This document shows, piece after piece, positions 49,722-58,346 of a stretch of DNA of 64,000 nt. The DNA is taken from assembly GCA_965223425.1 (NCBI GenBank), contig OZ245003.1, positions 2,450,871 to 2,514,870 of the forward strand. Reading direction: 5' to 3'. Source of the DNA: Nitrosopumilus sp. (lineage in GTDB: Archaea > Thermoproteota > Nitrososphaeria > Nitrososphaerales > Nitrosopumilaceae). Within the stretch, counting starts at the first letter, position 1; each line of letters opens with the position of its first letter. The notes under the pieces are model-generated. The model ran no database searches and had not been told where the DNA came from. It saw nothing but the letters and a program-made list of their open reading frames with translations. The position numbers were made by a program, and so were the translations under genes.

Positions 49722-49821
49722 CAGCTAAGCGAAATGTATCTCAAATCTGACATCAGATCAGCGATTTGAACCTGCACATGAAAAGTGGTTTTCTTAATCG
49801 TGGTAACGTTTCGCTTAGCTG
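49722..49821. mobile_element. 100-bp MITE related to the ISH3 at 21587-22835
   Basis: 13-bp IR CAGCTAAGCGAAA / TTTCGCTTAGCTG; 5-bp target duplication CATGC. Confidence 0.88.
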
Positions 49822-49837
49822 CATGCAGCAGCACAAT

Positions 49838-50217
49838 CATAAATGACTTCAATTGGAATCGCATCTGTTTTAGTTTTTTCATATGATAGTTCTGCTGGCA
49901 TCAAAACATGTGCACTTCCTAAAATTTCAGGAAATTGAATCTTAAATGGAATTTCTGCTTCTGAGATTAGAGGAACATGTTGAATTGTTTTAGAAAAAAT
50001 TTCAGAATTATCTTTTACTGAGATAGTGATTGTAGGAACTATTGCATAATCAAGGTTATTTTTTACATTGCCAATGACAGTGTAGATTCCATTTGAATCA
50101 AAATATCCAACATACTCATCAGATGGAATAAAAACTTCAGCAAATGTGAATTGTGGAATAAACAACAAGGAAAATAAAAACCCTAGTAGTAAAAACAGAT
50201 TTTTTGAGACTGGAATC
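49838..50217 (-). pseudogene. 3'-truncated secreted thaumarchaeal protein
   Basis: Signal-peptide-like start, YVGYFDSNGIYTVIGNVKN; host-like sequence stops abruptly at IEVIYD at the island edge. Confidence 0.55.
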
Positions 50218-50718
50218 TTAGAAAGAGTTGACGATATCTTCGAATTCCGATATTGGTTTTTCAAGTAAGCTTGGTCTATAATCCTCAATTAATTTATCTA
50301 CAAGATCTCTTACTTTAATATGATATCTCTTTTTTACTTCAACAAGTCTGATTTCTACTAAACCATCTTCAACAAGTTGTGACAGGTATAGTGAGACTGT
50401 CGATGGGGATTTTTTAACTTCTTTTACTAATTTTCCAAAGTCTATCCCATCCTCTTTGATTAGTGCAAGTAACAGATCACGTGGAGTTTGTTTACGTAGT
50501 GCTTTGATTACTTTTGATTCGTCTTCAGTAATTTGTGGAGGATAAAATCTAACTTGTCGCGGACCACGAATTGATTTGATGATACCATTTTTTTCTAGTT
50601 TTCCTAAATAATGACTTAAAACTCCGTTTTTTAATCCAGATGAGCGCATTATCTCACGGAATTGAATCCCCGGATTTTGCTCAATGATTTGTTGTATTTG
50701 TGAATCCCTATCAGTCAT
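50218..50718 (-). CDS. Double wHTH transcriptional regulator
   Basis: NPGIQFREIMR..GL.NGVLSHYL..LE; second HTH KSPSTVS.YL..L. Confidence 0.85.
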   Translation of the reverse strand: MTDRDSQIQQIIEQNPGIQFREIMRSSGLKNGVLSHYLGKLEKNGIIKSIRGPRQVRFYPPQITEDESKVIKALRKQTPRDLLLALIKEDGIDFGKLVKEVKKSPSTVSLYLSQLVEDGLVEIRLVEVKKRYHIKVRDLVDKLIEDYRPSLLEKPISEFEDIVNSF

Positions 50719-51103
50719 TTCTAAACACTCCTAACGCTAACAATCCTAATGTGACAAACGTCAATAAATGTCCTACCTCTGGAAGTGTCATTTCACCGAG
50801 GTCATACACAGAAGGCCATGTTGCATCAACTAGCAACACACTTTCAGCTGCAATAAGGTTAGCAAATGCTATAGCACTAAGTAAAAGTCGTCTTGTTCTT
50901 AATCTATAATATGCAATTCCTGCAAGTATTGAAATGAATACCGCAAGAGTGATTCCCCCCACATGTAAAAAGATGTGTACAAGATGAAAACCATGTAATA
51001 AATGGGGGATGATTATCGGTAGAGCTAAAATTGCTATAACCCCGGCAGCCACTATAGAGAATAAGGTGGATTTTCTTTCAACTATACTCTCTGGTCTAAA
51101 CAA
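50711..51103 (-). CDS. Small polytopic membrane protein, His-containing
   Basis: Four hydrophobic segments; PHLLHG.H..H..LH. Confidence 0.7.
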   Translation of the reverse strand: MFRPESIVERKSTLFSIVAAGVIAILALPIIIPHLLHGFHLVHIFLHVGGITLAVFISILAGIAYYRLRTRRLLLSAIAFANLIAAESVLLVDATWPSVYDLGEMTLPEVGHLLTFVTLGLLALGVFRND

Positions 51104-51166
51104 AGTAACAAAACTCGCCTAACTGCTAATTTAAAACGACTGGTTCATGTATCAAACGGCAGCTGA

Positions 51167-52726
51167 TCATACACGAATGATTCCTATTTGAATCAAAAAT
51201 TGGATTCCTTGAACAAACATTTCATCATCAATGGAACCTTCTGCCCACCAGCCCGCATTGTTTCGAACCCATGATGGAATATTTTTTGATTCTAATGTTT
51301 CTTGCCGAGTCTGAGGAATTACAATAATTTTGTTATTAATGAAATATTCAATTCCGTCAATGAATGCATTATCATCTATCTGCTTTTGTGACCACGACAA
51401 TGCATTATTTCGAACCCAATCAGGTATTGAGATTTCATTATTTTGGGTTGTTACGCGATTAATTACAACAGGAATAACTGATTTTGCAAAATTGTTGTTG
51501 CCTAAATTTTCAAAACTAAGATGTACGATTCCGGTGGCATCTTCGGGAATCATAAATTCTACAATATTGTGTTCATCTTTAGAGTCAGTACTAGTTCCAC
51601 TTTGTTCAAAGATAACTCTATCATTTTGAGTAACTGAAAAGTCATAGTTAGTTGAAACAGGCTTGTTTTTTAAGAAAATATCCGTAACATCAAACATTAT
51701 TTTTGCACTCGAGTCAGATTTTAGATTCTCAGGTTCCCAGGATACAAGAATTCTAAACTGTCCATTGTCAGTAACTGAACTCAAATGAACATAATCACGG
51801 TCTGGCTTGATTACAAAATTCATTCCATTATGATTAGAAGCGCTTTCAAGAACATTAAACAGCTCTTTTTGATATATGATAAAATGAACTATACGTTCGT
51901 CAGCAAAAAAATCATCTATGTTCATAATGTCTTCAGATAACTTTACATCGTTAACGTACATTGTAAATCCAGATACTAACAAATCACCAAATTTTTTTGG
52001 AATTACAAGCTCTTGATGAACAACAGAAGTTTGATTAATGTTAGTTTCATTCCATTCAAATGGCATAAAATAGCTGACTTCTTTTGAACTCGGATCATAG
52101 TTAAAATCTGAAATCTCATCATAGTATGTGACTACATGAACGAATTGTTCTCCAAAGTTCGGATCAGCAAAATCGTGTTTAGTTGTTTGAGCAATGGAAA
52201 TTCCTGCATTGTATACTAGAGGCTCTTCTAATTTTTTGGAATATCCATCAGCAGCAAGTACGCTAACATCAAATTTGTATAAACCGCCTTGACTAAGTTT
52301 TGGCCCTTTGACATGAACCATCCTGCTTTCCAATCCTAACAGCGAGCCAAAGAAATCACCGCCACCATCTTCCTCGATTATAACAGGGTCAGTTTCTTCG
52401 GATACAAAATTAAAAACTATGAACCCGTTATCTGCCTTGAATTCTTGTTCAAAAAGAAATTCGTCACCACGTTCAGATTTTATCAAAAAAGTCACATCCC
52501 GCAGCGTAATTTTGGAATCAAAATCGACAAGTGAAATTGATATCTGTTGATCATCGACAGAATCAGGATCACTTGTAGAAGATGAAACTTCCAGAGTTAC
52601 AAGTTTTCCATCCAATTCCACGGGTGGAAAGGTCTCACTCCCTACTCCATGACCATATACACTGTCAAATGTAACTACAAACAGAGATGAGAATATCAGA
52701 ATTGTAAATAATGATAGGGCTTTCAA
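51167..52726 (-). CDS. Secreted thaumarchaeal surface protein with IPxWxxNNA.WW C-terminal repeats
   Basis: Likely TTG start at 52726 then signal peptide; mature N-terminus HG; two C-terminal IP.WVRNNA repeats. Confidence 0.8.
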   Translation of the reverse strand: MKALSLFTILIFSSLFVVTFDSVYGHGVGSETFPPVELDGKLVTLEVSSSTSDPDSVDDQQISISLVDFDSKITLRDVTFLIKSERGDEFLFEQEFKADNGFIVFNFVSEETDPVIIEEDGGGDFFGSLLGLESRMVHVKGPKLSQGGLYKFDVSVLAADGYSKKLEEPLVYNAGISIAQTTKHDFADPNFGEQFVHVVTYYDEISDFNYDPSSKEVSYFMPFEWNETNINQTSVVHQELVIPKKFGDLLVSGFTMYVNDVKLSEDIMNIDDFFADERIVHFIIYQKELFNVLESASNHNGMNFVIKPDRDYVHLSSVTDNGQFRILVSWEPENLKSDSSAKIMFDVTDIFLKNKPVSTNYDFSVTQNDRVIFEQSGTSTDSKDEHNIVEFMIPEDATGIVHLSFENLGNNNFAKSVIPVVINRVTTQNNEISIPDWVRNNALSWSQKQIDDNAFIDGIEYFINNKIIVIPQTRQETLESKNIPSWVRNNAGWWAEGSIDDEMFVQGIQFLIQIGIIRV

Positions 52727-52727
52727 C

Positions 52728-52934
52728 CTATGTCCACTTGTTAGGATCTTTTTTGCGGATTTGTTTTCCATCAATTGTAACTTGCTCTTTTTCTTCAAAG
52801 ATAGTATGCCATTTGCCATTGCTTGGAAAAATTTTGTTCATCTCTTCAACTTTGTCATGGGTTGGTGATTTGTTCATCAGGGCTCCCCATTTCATGTGTG
52901 GAATTTTGGGCATGATGTCATTGATGTCTTTCAT
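52728..52934 (-). CDS. Small conserved hypothetical protein
   Basis: 68-aa ATG ORF filling the gap between the two paralogous surface-protein genes. Confidence 0.65.
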   Translation of the reverse strand: MKDINDIMPKIPHMKWGALMNKSPTHDKVEEMNKIFPSNGKWHTIFEEKEQVTIDGKQIRKKDPNKWT

Positions 52935-52967
52935 TATACTATCACATTACAGAATATGCTTAAAAAC

Positions 52968-54689
52968 CTATGATTGAATCCTTATAATTCCTTCTTTAAT
53001 TAAAAATTGAATTCCTTGAATAAACGAGTCATCATCAAGTGTACCGTCTACCCACCAGCCGGCATTGTTTTTAACCCATGATGGGATTTCATTGGAGCCG
53101 GTACTTGCGCCTTGTGTAGTTGAAGGAATCTTTAGAATGTCTTTTTTAATTAAAAATTGAATTCCTTGGATAAATGAGTCATCATCAAGTGTGCCGTCTA
53201 CCCACCAACCGGCATTGTTTTTAATCCATGATGGGATTGCAGTTGGTGGTTGGACTTGGGGTTCAGGTGGGGTATTTGTTTGAAGACTAGGCCCAATCTC
53301 AACAATTCCAGAACCTATTCCGGCATGTTTTTGACTATAGTCTAATCCTGTACCATAAACCAGAATATCAATTCTATATTGTCCCTGAGATGGGATCGGA
53401 ATTTTTTGTACATCAAGTCCTTCTGTAGAAAGAATTCCCGGATTCTGAGGATCGTCTCCTGAGAATCTTTCTAATTCTTGATCATTTTCATCAATAAAGG
53501 AAATTGCGTATCTAATATCACGTATAAGATCCCCGTTTTCATCAAAGAACACTATGTCAAAAGGTACCTCATCACCTGCACCATAGTTTCCATCCCATGA
53601 AATACTCACAGTTGTTGGAACTTGCTCATAGTTTGTAGTATCAACAAGATAAAATTCAGTTGAGCTCTTTGATACCTCGCCAAGTGGAACTAGCTTCAAG
53701 TTCATCTGTTTGTTGTCATGGTTGCTAGGGCCTAAAGCCTCATTGATTCTTTGTAATTCATTTTTTGTAACTAGAAAATGGATGACGTTTGTATCATCGT
53801 ATGAATATGGATCATTTAGCAATGCCCTTTGGTCAATTTCTACACCGTTGACATATCCTTTGAATTGTTTACCTTCGGCATAAGGCGCAAATGTTTTTGG
53901 AATTCGAACTTCTTCATGTACTATTTGGACCAAGTCAACATAGTCTGGACTCCAATCAAACGGCATATCAAATGAGATTACATTGTTTGATTGATCAAAT
54001 TTGAAATTATCAACATCGTCATAGTATGTTTTTATGATAATTGGAATTTCTTCGGCATTTGCAGTTTGTAGAAAGAAGTTTTGTTCTTGTGCAACACTAA
54101 CAAAAGTCTCGTAACTTAGTAGTGTAGCAAGCATACTTTTTGGACTGGTGGCAGCCTCGATATCTACTCTGATTTCATACAAACCGCCTTTTACAAATAT
54201 CGGACCGGAGATTGACGGTCTTGCACAGATATCCAGGTTATCATCAGTACATGCCTGTCCTTGCACATACAGAGCACCCGGTGCACTAACATGCTCAGAA
54301 CCACCATAAACCGTGCAGTCCCAAAGATTACTTTCATTACATCCTAATTGTGGTTTAATTTTCACATCTAATGTTCCATCTAAATCATAAAACAGATTTC
54401 TAGCTAAAAGTTCACCACTTTGCCAAATTTCAATTCTGTATGTTACTTTGTCAAGAGTTTCGTTAGTTAGTGTATCAAAGAAACGCACTTGCATGTTGGC
54501 AGAATCAACATCACCTAGTGTAATGTCAGAAGGATTCAATTGTGTACGTACAGTTACCTCCATATCACCAAATGATATCGGTGGTGCTTGGTCTCCACCT
54601 AATCCATGTCCAAACGCATGTGGGAGAATAGTCGATACTGAAAAAATACCAATAACGATAATAAATAATACGAACTTTTGGTACAACAA
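52968..54689 (-). CDS. Secreted thaumarchaeal surface protein, paralog of 51167-52726
   Basis: Signal peptide, [19 protein letters not shown], duplicated IPSW.KNNAGWW. Confidence 0.85.
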   Translation of the reverse strand: MLYQKFVLFIIVIGIFSVSTILPHAFGHGLGGDQAPPISFGDMEVTVRTQLNPSDITLGDVDSANMQVRFFDTLTNETLDKVTYRIEIWQSGELLARNLFYDLDGTLDVKIKPQLGCNESNLWDCTVYGGSEHVSAPGALYVQGQACTDDNLDICARPSISGPIFVKGGLYEIRVDIEAATSPKSMLATLLSYETFVSVAQEQNFFLQTANAEEIPIIIKTYYDDVDNFKFDQSNNVISFDMPFDWSPDYVDLVQIVHEEVRIPKTFAPYAEGKQFKGYVNGVEIDQRALLNDPYSYDDTNVIHFLVTKNELQRINEALGPSNHDNKQMNLKLVPLGEVSKSSTEFYLVDTTNYEQVPTTVSISWDGNYGAGDEVPFDIVFFDENGDLIRDIRYAISFIDENDQELERFSGDDPQNPGILSTEGLDVQKIPIPSQGQYRIDILVYGTGLDYSQKHAGIGSGIVEIGPSLQTNTPPEPQVQPPTAIPSWIKNNAGWWVDGTLDDDSFIQGIQFLIKKDILKIPSTTQGASTGSNEIPSWVKNNAGWWVDGTLDDDSFIQGIQFLIKEGIIRIQS

Positions 54690-54797
54690 TGAAATTATGT
54701 TAATTCCATATTTAAAGATGGCACAGAATTCCTATGCGTAAAAAATTTTTTAGAAGGCAGAGTACGATTTTTATTTACGATTTTTCGAAATAAGGGT

Positions 54798-55619
54798 ATG
54801 AAGTTTTTGTTTGTGCTATTACTTGTACCATTTTTAATAATTCCAGCATATGGTGAATCCCAAACTTTACCAACTGAAAAAGGTACGCTGGATGTAAAAC
54901 TAACTCACGATGCAATTGAACCAAACATTCAAACCAAAATAAATGTTGATTTTATTAATCCTCAAACGCAAAAAGTACAAGAGCATATTGATTATACAAT
55001 AACAGTCTCAAAAGATGGAAAAACTGTTTTTGGCCCAATTCCACTTACACACACATCTGTAGGTTCTGTGAAAATTCCAATCGAATTTAATCTAGGCAAG
55101 GGAGTGTATTCCATGGACTTTGAAGTTGAGGGAATTTTGTTCCAACCAATCCCAACAGAAACAGTTTCTTTTGATGTTTTAGTAGGTGAGGCAGACGCTC
55201 AATCCACCACACCTCCAAACAATGAACAATCAAATGGAGAAAATGGTTCATGCTTGATTGCAACAGCAGCTTATGGAACTGAATTGGCACCACAAGTTCA
55301 ATTCCTCAGAGAAGTTAGAGATAACACAGTACTTTCTACTGCATCAGGTGTATCATTTATGACTGGATTTAACACATTATACTATTCGTTTGCTCCAACA
55401 GTTGCTGATTGGGAAAGGGAGAACCCAGCATTCCAAGAAGCAGTAATGGCACTCATTACCCCAATGATTTCCACATTGTCAATTATGGCATTAGCTGACG
55501 AGGGTTCAGAAGCCGAAGTTCTGGGGCTTGGAATTGCTGTAATTGCACTAAATATTGGAATGTATGTTGGAATTCCTGCGTTTGGAATTCTAAAGTTGTA
55601 CCAGTTTAGAAGAAACTAA
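54798..55619 (+). CDS. Secreted protein with CFI-box-CTERM domain
   Basis: QEHIDY, PLTHT; CLIATAAYGTELAPQVQFLRE.RD. Confidence 0.85.
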   Translation: MKFLFVLLLVPFLIIPAYGESQTLPTEKGTLDVKLTHDAIEPNIQTKINVDFINPQTQKVQEHIDYTITVSKDGKTVFGPIPLTHTSVGSVKIPIEFNLGKGVYSMDFEVEGILFQPIPTETVSFDVLVGEADAQSTTPPNNEQSNGENGSCLIATAAYGTELAPQVQFLREVRDNTVLSTASGVSFMTGFNTLYYSFAPTVADWERENPAFQEAVMALITPMISTLSIMALADEGSEAEVLGLGIAVIALNIGMYVGIPAFGILKLYQFRRN

Positions 55620-55677
55620 TTTTACATCCTGAGACTGCTAGTGAGGTTTTTATATATCCCCACAAATAGTCTGTCTA

Positions 55678-56661
55678 ATGAGGACTCAAGCAATTTGCTC
55701 TTTCTTCGTACTATTTGCTATTGCAGCTGTAATGGTTTCATCGGCCCCAGCTGCCTTTGCAGATGATTCTGAAGTTACAATTGAACCATTAGCAAATTCT
55801 TGGCAATTAAACGCATGTGGAGGAAACACGGGAGTTGAGTGTTTTATTCCAGGTACTGCAACAGTTGATCTTAATGGAGAAGTGATTTTCTCAAATACTG
55901 CTTCCAAGTCACACACGTTCACATCAGGTTTAGTTACAGATGACGAGGCAGGTCTTGTGTTCAACAGTGGATTGGTAGAGGCTGGTGAATCATATTCATG
56001 GACTGCAGATGCAATTGGTGAACATCAATACTTTTGTTTAGTTCATCCTTGGGAAGAGGGTACAATCATAGTGCAAGAGGCAAAAGACGAACCAATGATG
56101 GATAAGGACGAACCAATGATGGATAAGGACGAACCAATGATGGATAAGGACGAACCAATGATGGATAAGGACGAACCAATGATGGATAAGGACGAACCAA
56201 TGATGGATAAGGACGAACCAATGATGGATAAGGACGAACCAATGATGGATAAGGACGAAAAAGTTATTGATAGTGGTGAGGAAAACGGCGGATGTCTTAT
56301 TGCAACTGCAACATATGGTTCAGAACTTGCACCACAAGTACAGCAACTAAGAGAACTTAGAGATAACACAATTTTGTCAACAGAATCTGGAAGTGCATTT
56401 ATGAGCGGATTTAATCAGTTCTACTATTCATTCTCACCAGCAATTGCTGATTTAGAGCGTGAGTCACCAATCTTCAAAGAAGTTATGAAAGCATCACTAA
56501 CTCCAATGTTAGCATCATTGTCTTTGCTAAATCATGTTGACATTGATTCAGAGCAAGAAATGCTAGGTTATGGAATCAGTTTGATTATACTAAATATTGG
56601 AATGTATGTTGGAATTCCTGCGTTTGGAATTCTAAAGTTGTACCAGTTTAGAAGAAACTAG
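55678..56661 (+). CDS. Cupredoxin-like protein with Met-rich repeats and CFI-box-CTERM
   Basis: HTFTSG...YFCLVHPWEEG; (DEPMMDK)8; CLIATATYGSELAPQVQ. Confidence 0.85.
   Translation: MRTQAICSFFVLFAIAAVMVSSAPAAFADDSEVTIEPLANSWQLNACGGNTGVECFIPGTATVDLNGEVIFSNTASKSHTFTSGLVTDDEAGLVFNSGLVEAGESYSWTADAIGEHQYFCLVHPWEEGTIIVQEAKDEPMMDKDEPMMDKDEPMMDKDEPMMDKDEPMMDKDEPMMDKDEPMMDKDEPMMDKDEKVIDSGEENGGCLIATATYGSELAPQVQQLRELRDNTILSTESGSAFMSGFNQFYYSFSPAIADLERESPIFKEVMKASLTPMLASLSLLNHVDIDSEQEMLGYGISLIILNIGMYVGIPAFGILKLYQFRRN
56086..56259 (+). repeat. Perfect 21-bp tandem repeat x8 (plus partial)
   Basis: GACGAACCAATGATGGATAAG units encoding DEPMMDK. Confidence 0.97.
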
Positions 56662-56722
56662 ATTGTTCCATTGCTGGAAATTCTAGTGAGGTTTTTATGT
56701 ATCCCCACAAGTAGTCTGTCTA

Positions 56723-57598
56723 ATGAAGACTCAAGCAATTTGCTCTTTCTTCGTACTATTTGCTATTGCAGCTGTGATGGTTTCATCAGCCCCAGCTGCC
56801 TTTGCAGATCATTCTGAAGTTACAATCACAACAGGAACAGTTCCATTAGGTATTCCTGGATGTGAGGACACAAACGAATGCTACATTCCAGGTGAAGCAA
56901 CAGTTGATGTTGGTGGAAAAGTGATAATGACAAACACTGACGCTACTGTACAACATACATACACATCAGGAACCGTTGATGGTTTTATTCCTAGTCCAGA
57001 TGGCATATTTGATTCTGGTTTCCAAGAGGTAGATGAATCATTTGAATGGAGTCCAGATACTGTAGGTGAGTATCCTTACTACTGTATTCTACATGTTTGG
57101 ATGCAAGGGACAATCATAGTACAAGAAGCAGAAGCTGCAGAAAAAGAACATATGGATGACGATGCTATGATGCTAGATGGTGATACATCTGCAACCGGAA
57201 TGTTATCAGAGGGCACAATGATTTCAATTTGGACTTCTACACCAACTGAAGGTGAAATGATGGAAATTTCTATTGAATTCAAAGATGCAGAGCATGTCAA
57301 CTATGACATTATGGTAACACAAAATGGTGAAGAAGTAATGCACGATGAAGGTGCACATCGTCATGACGGTAAAGGTGCACACACAACAGCAGCACTGAGT
57401 TCCTCTGATCCAGTAGACGTCACTGTTACCTTCCAAGGTTACGGCGTTGATGATCCTAAAACGGGACCAATTGGGGAAGAGGTAGTATTTTCAAACGTTG
57501 TTCCAGAATTTGGTACAATTGCAATGACGATACTAGCTGTTGCAATCATAGGCATAATTGCAGTAACCGCAAAATCTAGAGTTGTTCCAAGATTTTAG
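56723..57598 (+). CDS. Blue-copper (plastocyanin-like) protein with PEFG-CTERM
   Basis: HTYTSG...YYCILHVWMQG type 1 Cu site; His-rich second domain; VPEFG + TM + basic tail. Confidence 0.88.
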   Translation: MKTQAICSFFVLFAIAAVMVSSAPAAFADHSEVTITTGTVPLGIPGCEDTNECYIPGEATVDVGGKVIMTNTDATVQHTYTSGTVDGFIPSPDGIFDSGFQEVDESFEWSPDTVGEYPYYCILHVWMQGTIIVQEAEAAEKEHMDDDAMMLDGDTSATGMLSEGTMISIWTSTPTEGEMMEISIEFKDAEHVNYDIMVTQNGEEVMHDEGAHRHDGKGAHTTAALSSSDPVDVTVTFQGYGVDDPKTGPIGEEVVFSNVVPEFGTIAMTILAVAIIGIIAVTAKSRVVPRF

Positions 57599-57611
57599 GA
57601 ATTTCTCTTTT

Positions 57612-58253
57612 CTATTTTCTTTTTACTAAAGAAATTATTGCCAAGATGATAGCTGCTACTGCAATTGATAAACCAAATATTGCAAAGTCATAAGCAGTTC
57701 CACCATTTGAAGCAGAAACGGCTGTCTCACCTGATTTTAATTTAGAAACATCCTGTTGTAGTGATGAAACAGCATTCTTGAGAGCAGACACGTCTGCGGT
57801 TCCTTCACTATTGCCTGGCGGAAAATCCAATACTGCAGTAGGTTCAACATCCTCAACAGGTATCTTTACATCAATTGGCGTACCTCCAAGTTCGCCTTTT
57901 AGCTCCACCATGTATGTTCCTGTTTTAGTAGGAATTATTGGTGAAAAATAATATCCGGGTCTAGTATCTGAATTTATATCAATTTTTTTAGTTGCGCCAC
58001 CAAACATTACAGTTGCGTCAACGTCTTTGAAGGCACTGGTAATACCTGTGTATGATCCTTCAGTTTCTCCTCGTTCAATAATTTTGAGAGCAATGTCATT
58101 TCGTATACCCACAACCGGCGGTTCAATTCCCCATCCTGCTTCAATCTCATATTGTCCAACATGAACTGTTGTATGAGCAAGTGAGGGTGCAATCATACCA
58201 ACTGAAAATAATAGGGCAATAAAGCCAAAAATTGTTATCTTCACTGCCATCAT
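57612..58253 (-). CDS. Secreted, C-terminally anchored protein in the copper cluster
   Basis: Signal peptide, mature N-terminal His, GWGIEPPVVG, PIIPTKTG.Y, C-terminal TM. Confidence 0.7.
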   Translation of the reverse strand: MMAVKITIFGFIALLFSVGMIAPSLAHTTVHVGQYEIEAGWGIEPPVVGIRNDIALKIIERGETEGSYTGITSAFKDVDATVMFGGATKKIDINSDTRPGYYFSPIIPTKTGTYMVELKGELGGTPIDVKIPVEDVEPTAVLDFPPGNSEGTADVSALKNAVSSLQQDVSKLKSGETAVSASNGGTAYDFAIFGLSIAVAAIILAIISLVKRK

Positions 58254-58346
58254 TTCATTATAACACGTTATTATCTTTACGTGGATTGGTACAAATATCA
58301 AAGTCGTGAAAACTGTTTAAATTATCTAGAATGGCCTGAAGATTAA

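Noticed and set aside
52727-52819. N-terminal extension of the 550-aa ORF
   Set aside because: Overlaps the 68-aa gene; the signal peptide begins at TTG 52726
56086-56259. CRISPR array
   Set aside because: Head-to-tail 21-bp units with no spacers, in frame within a protein; no cas genes in the window
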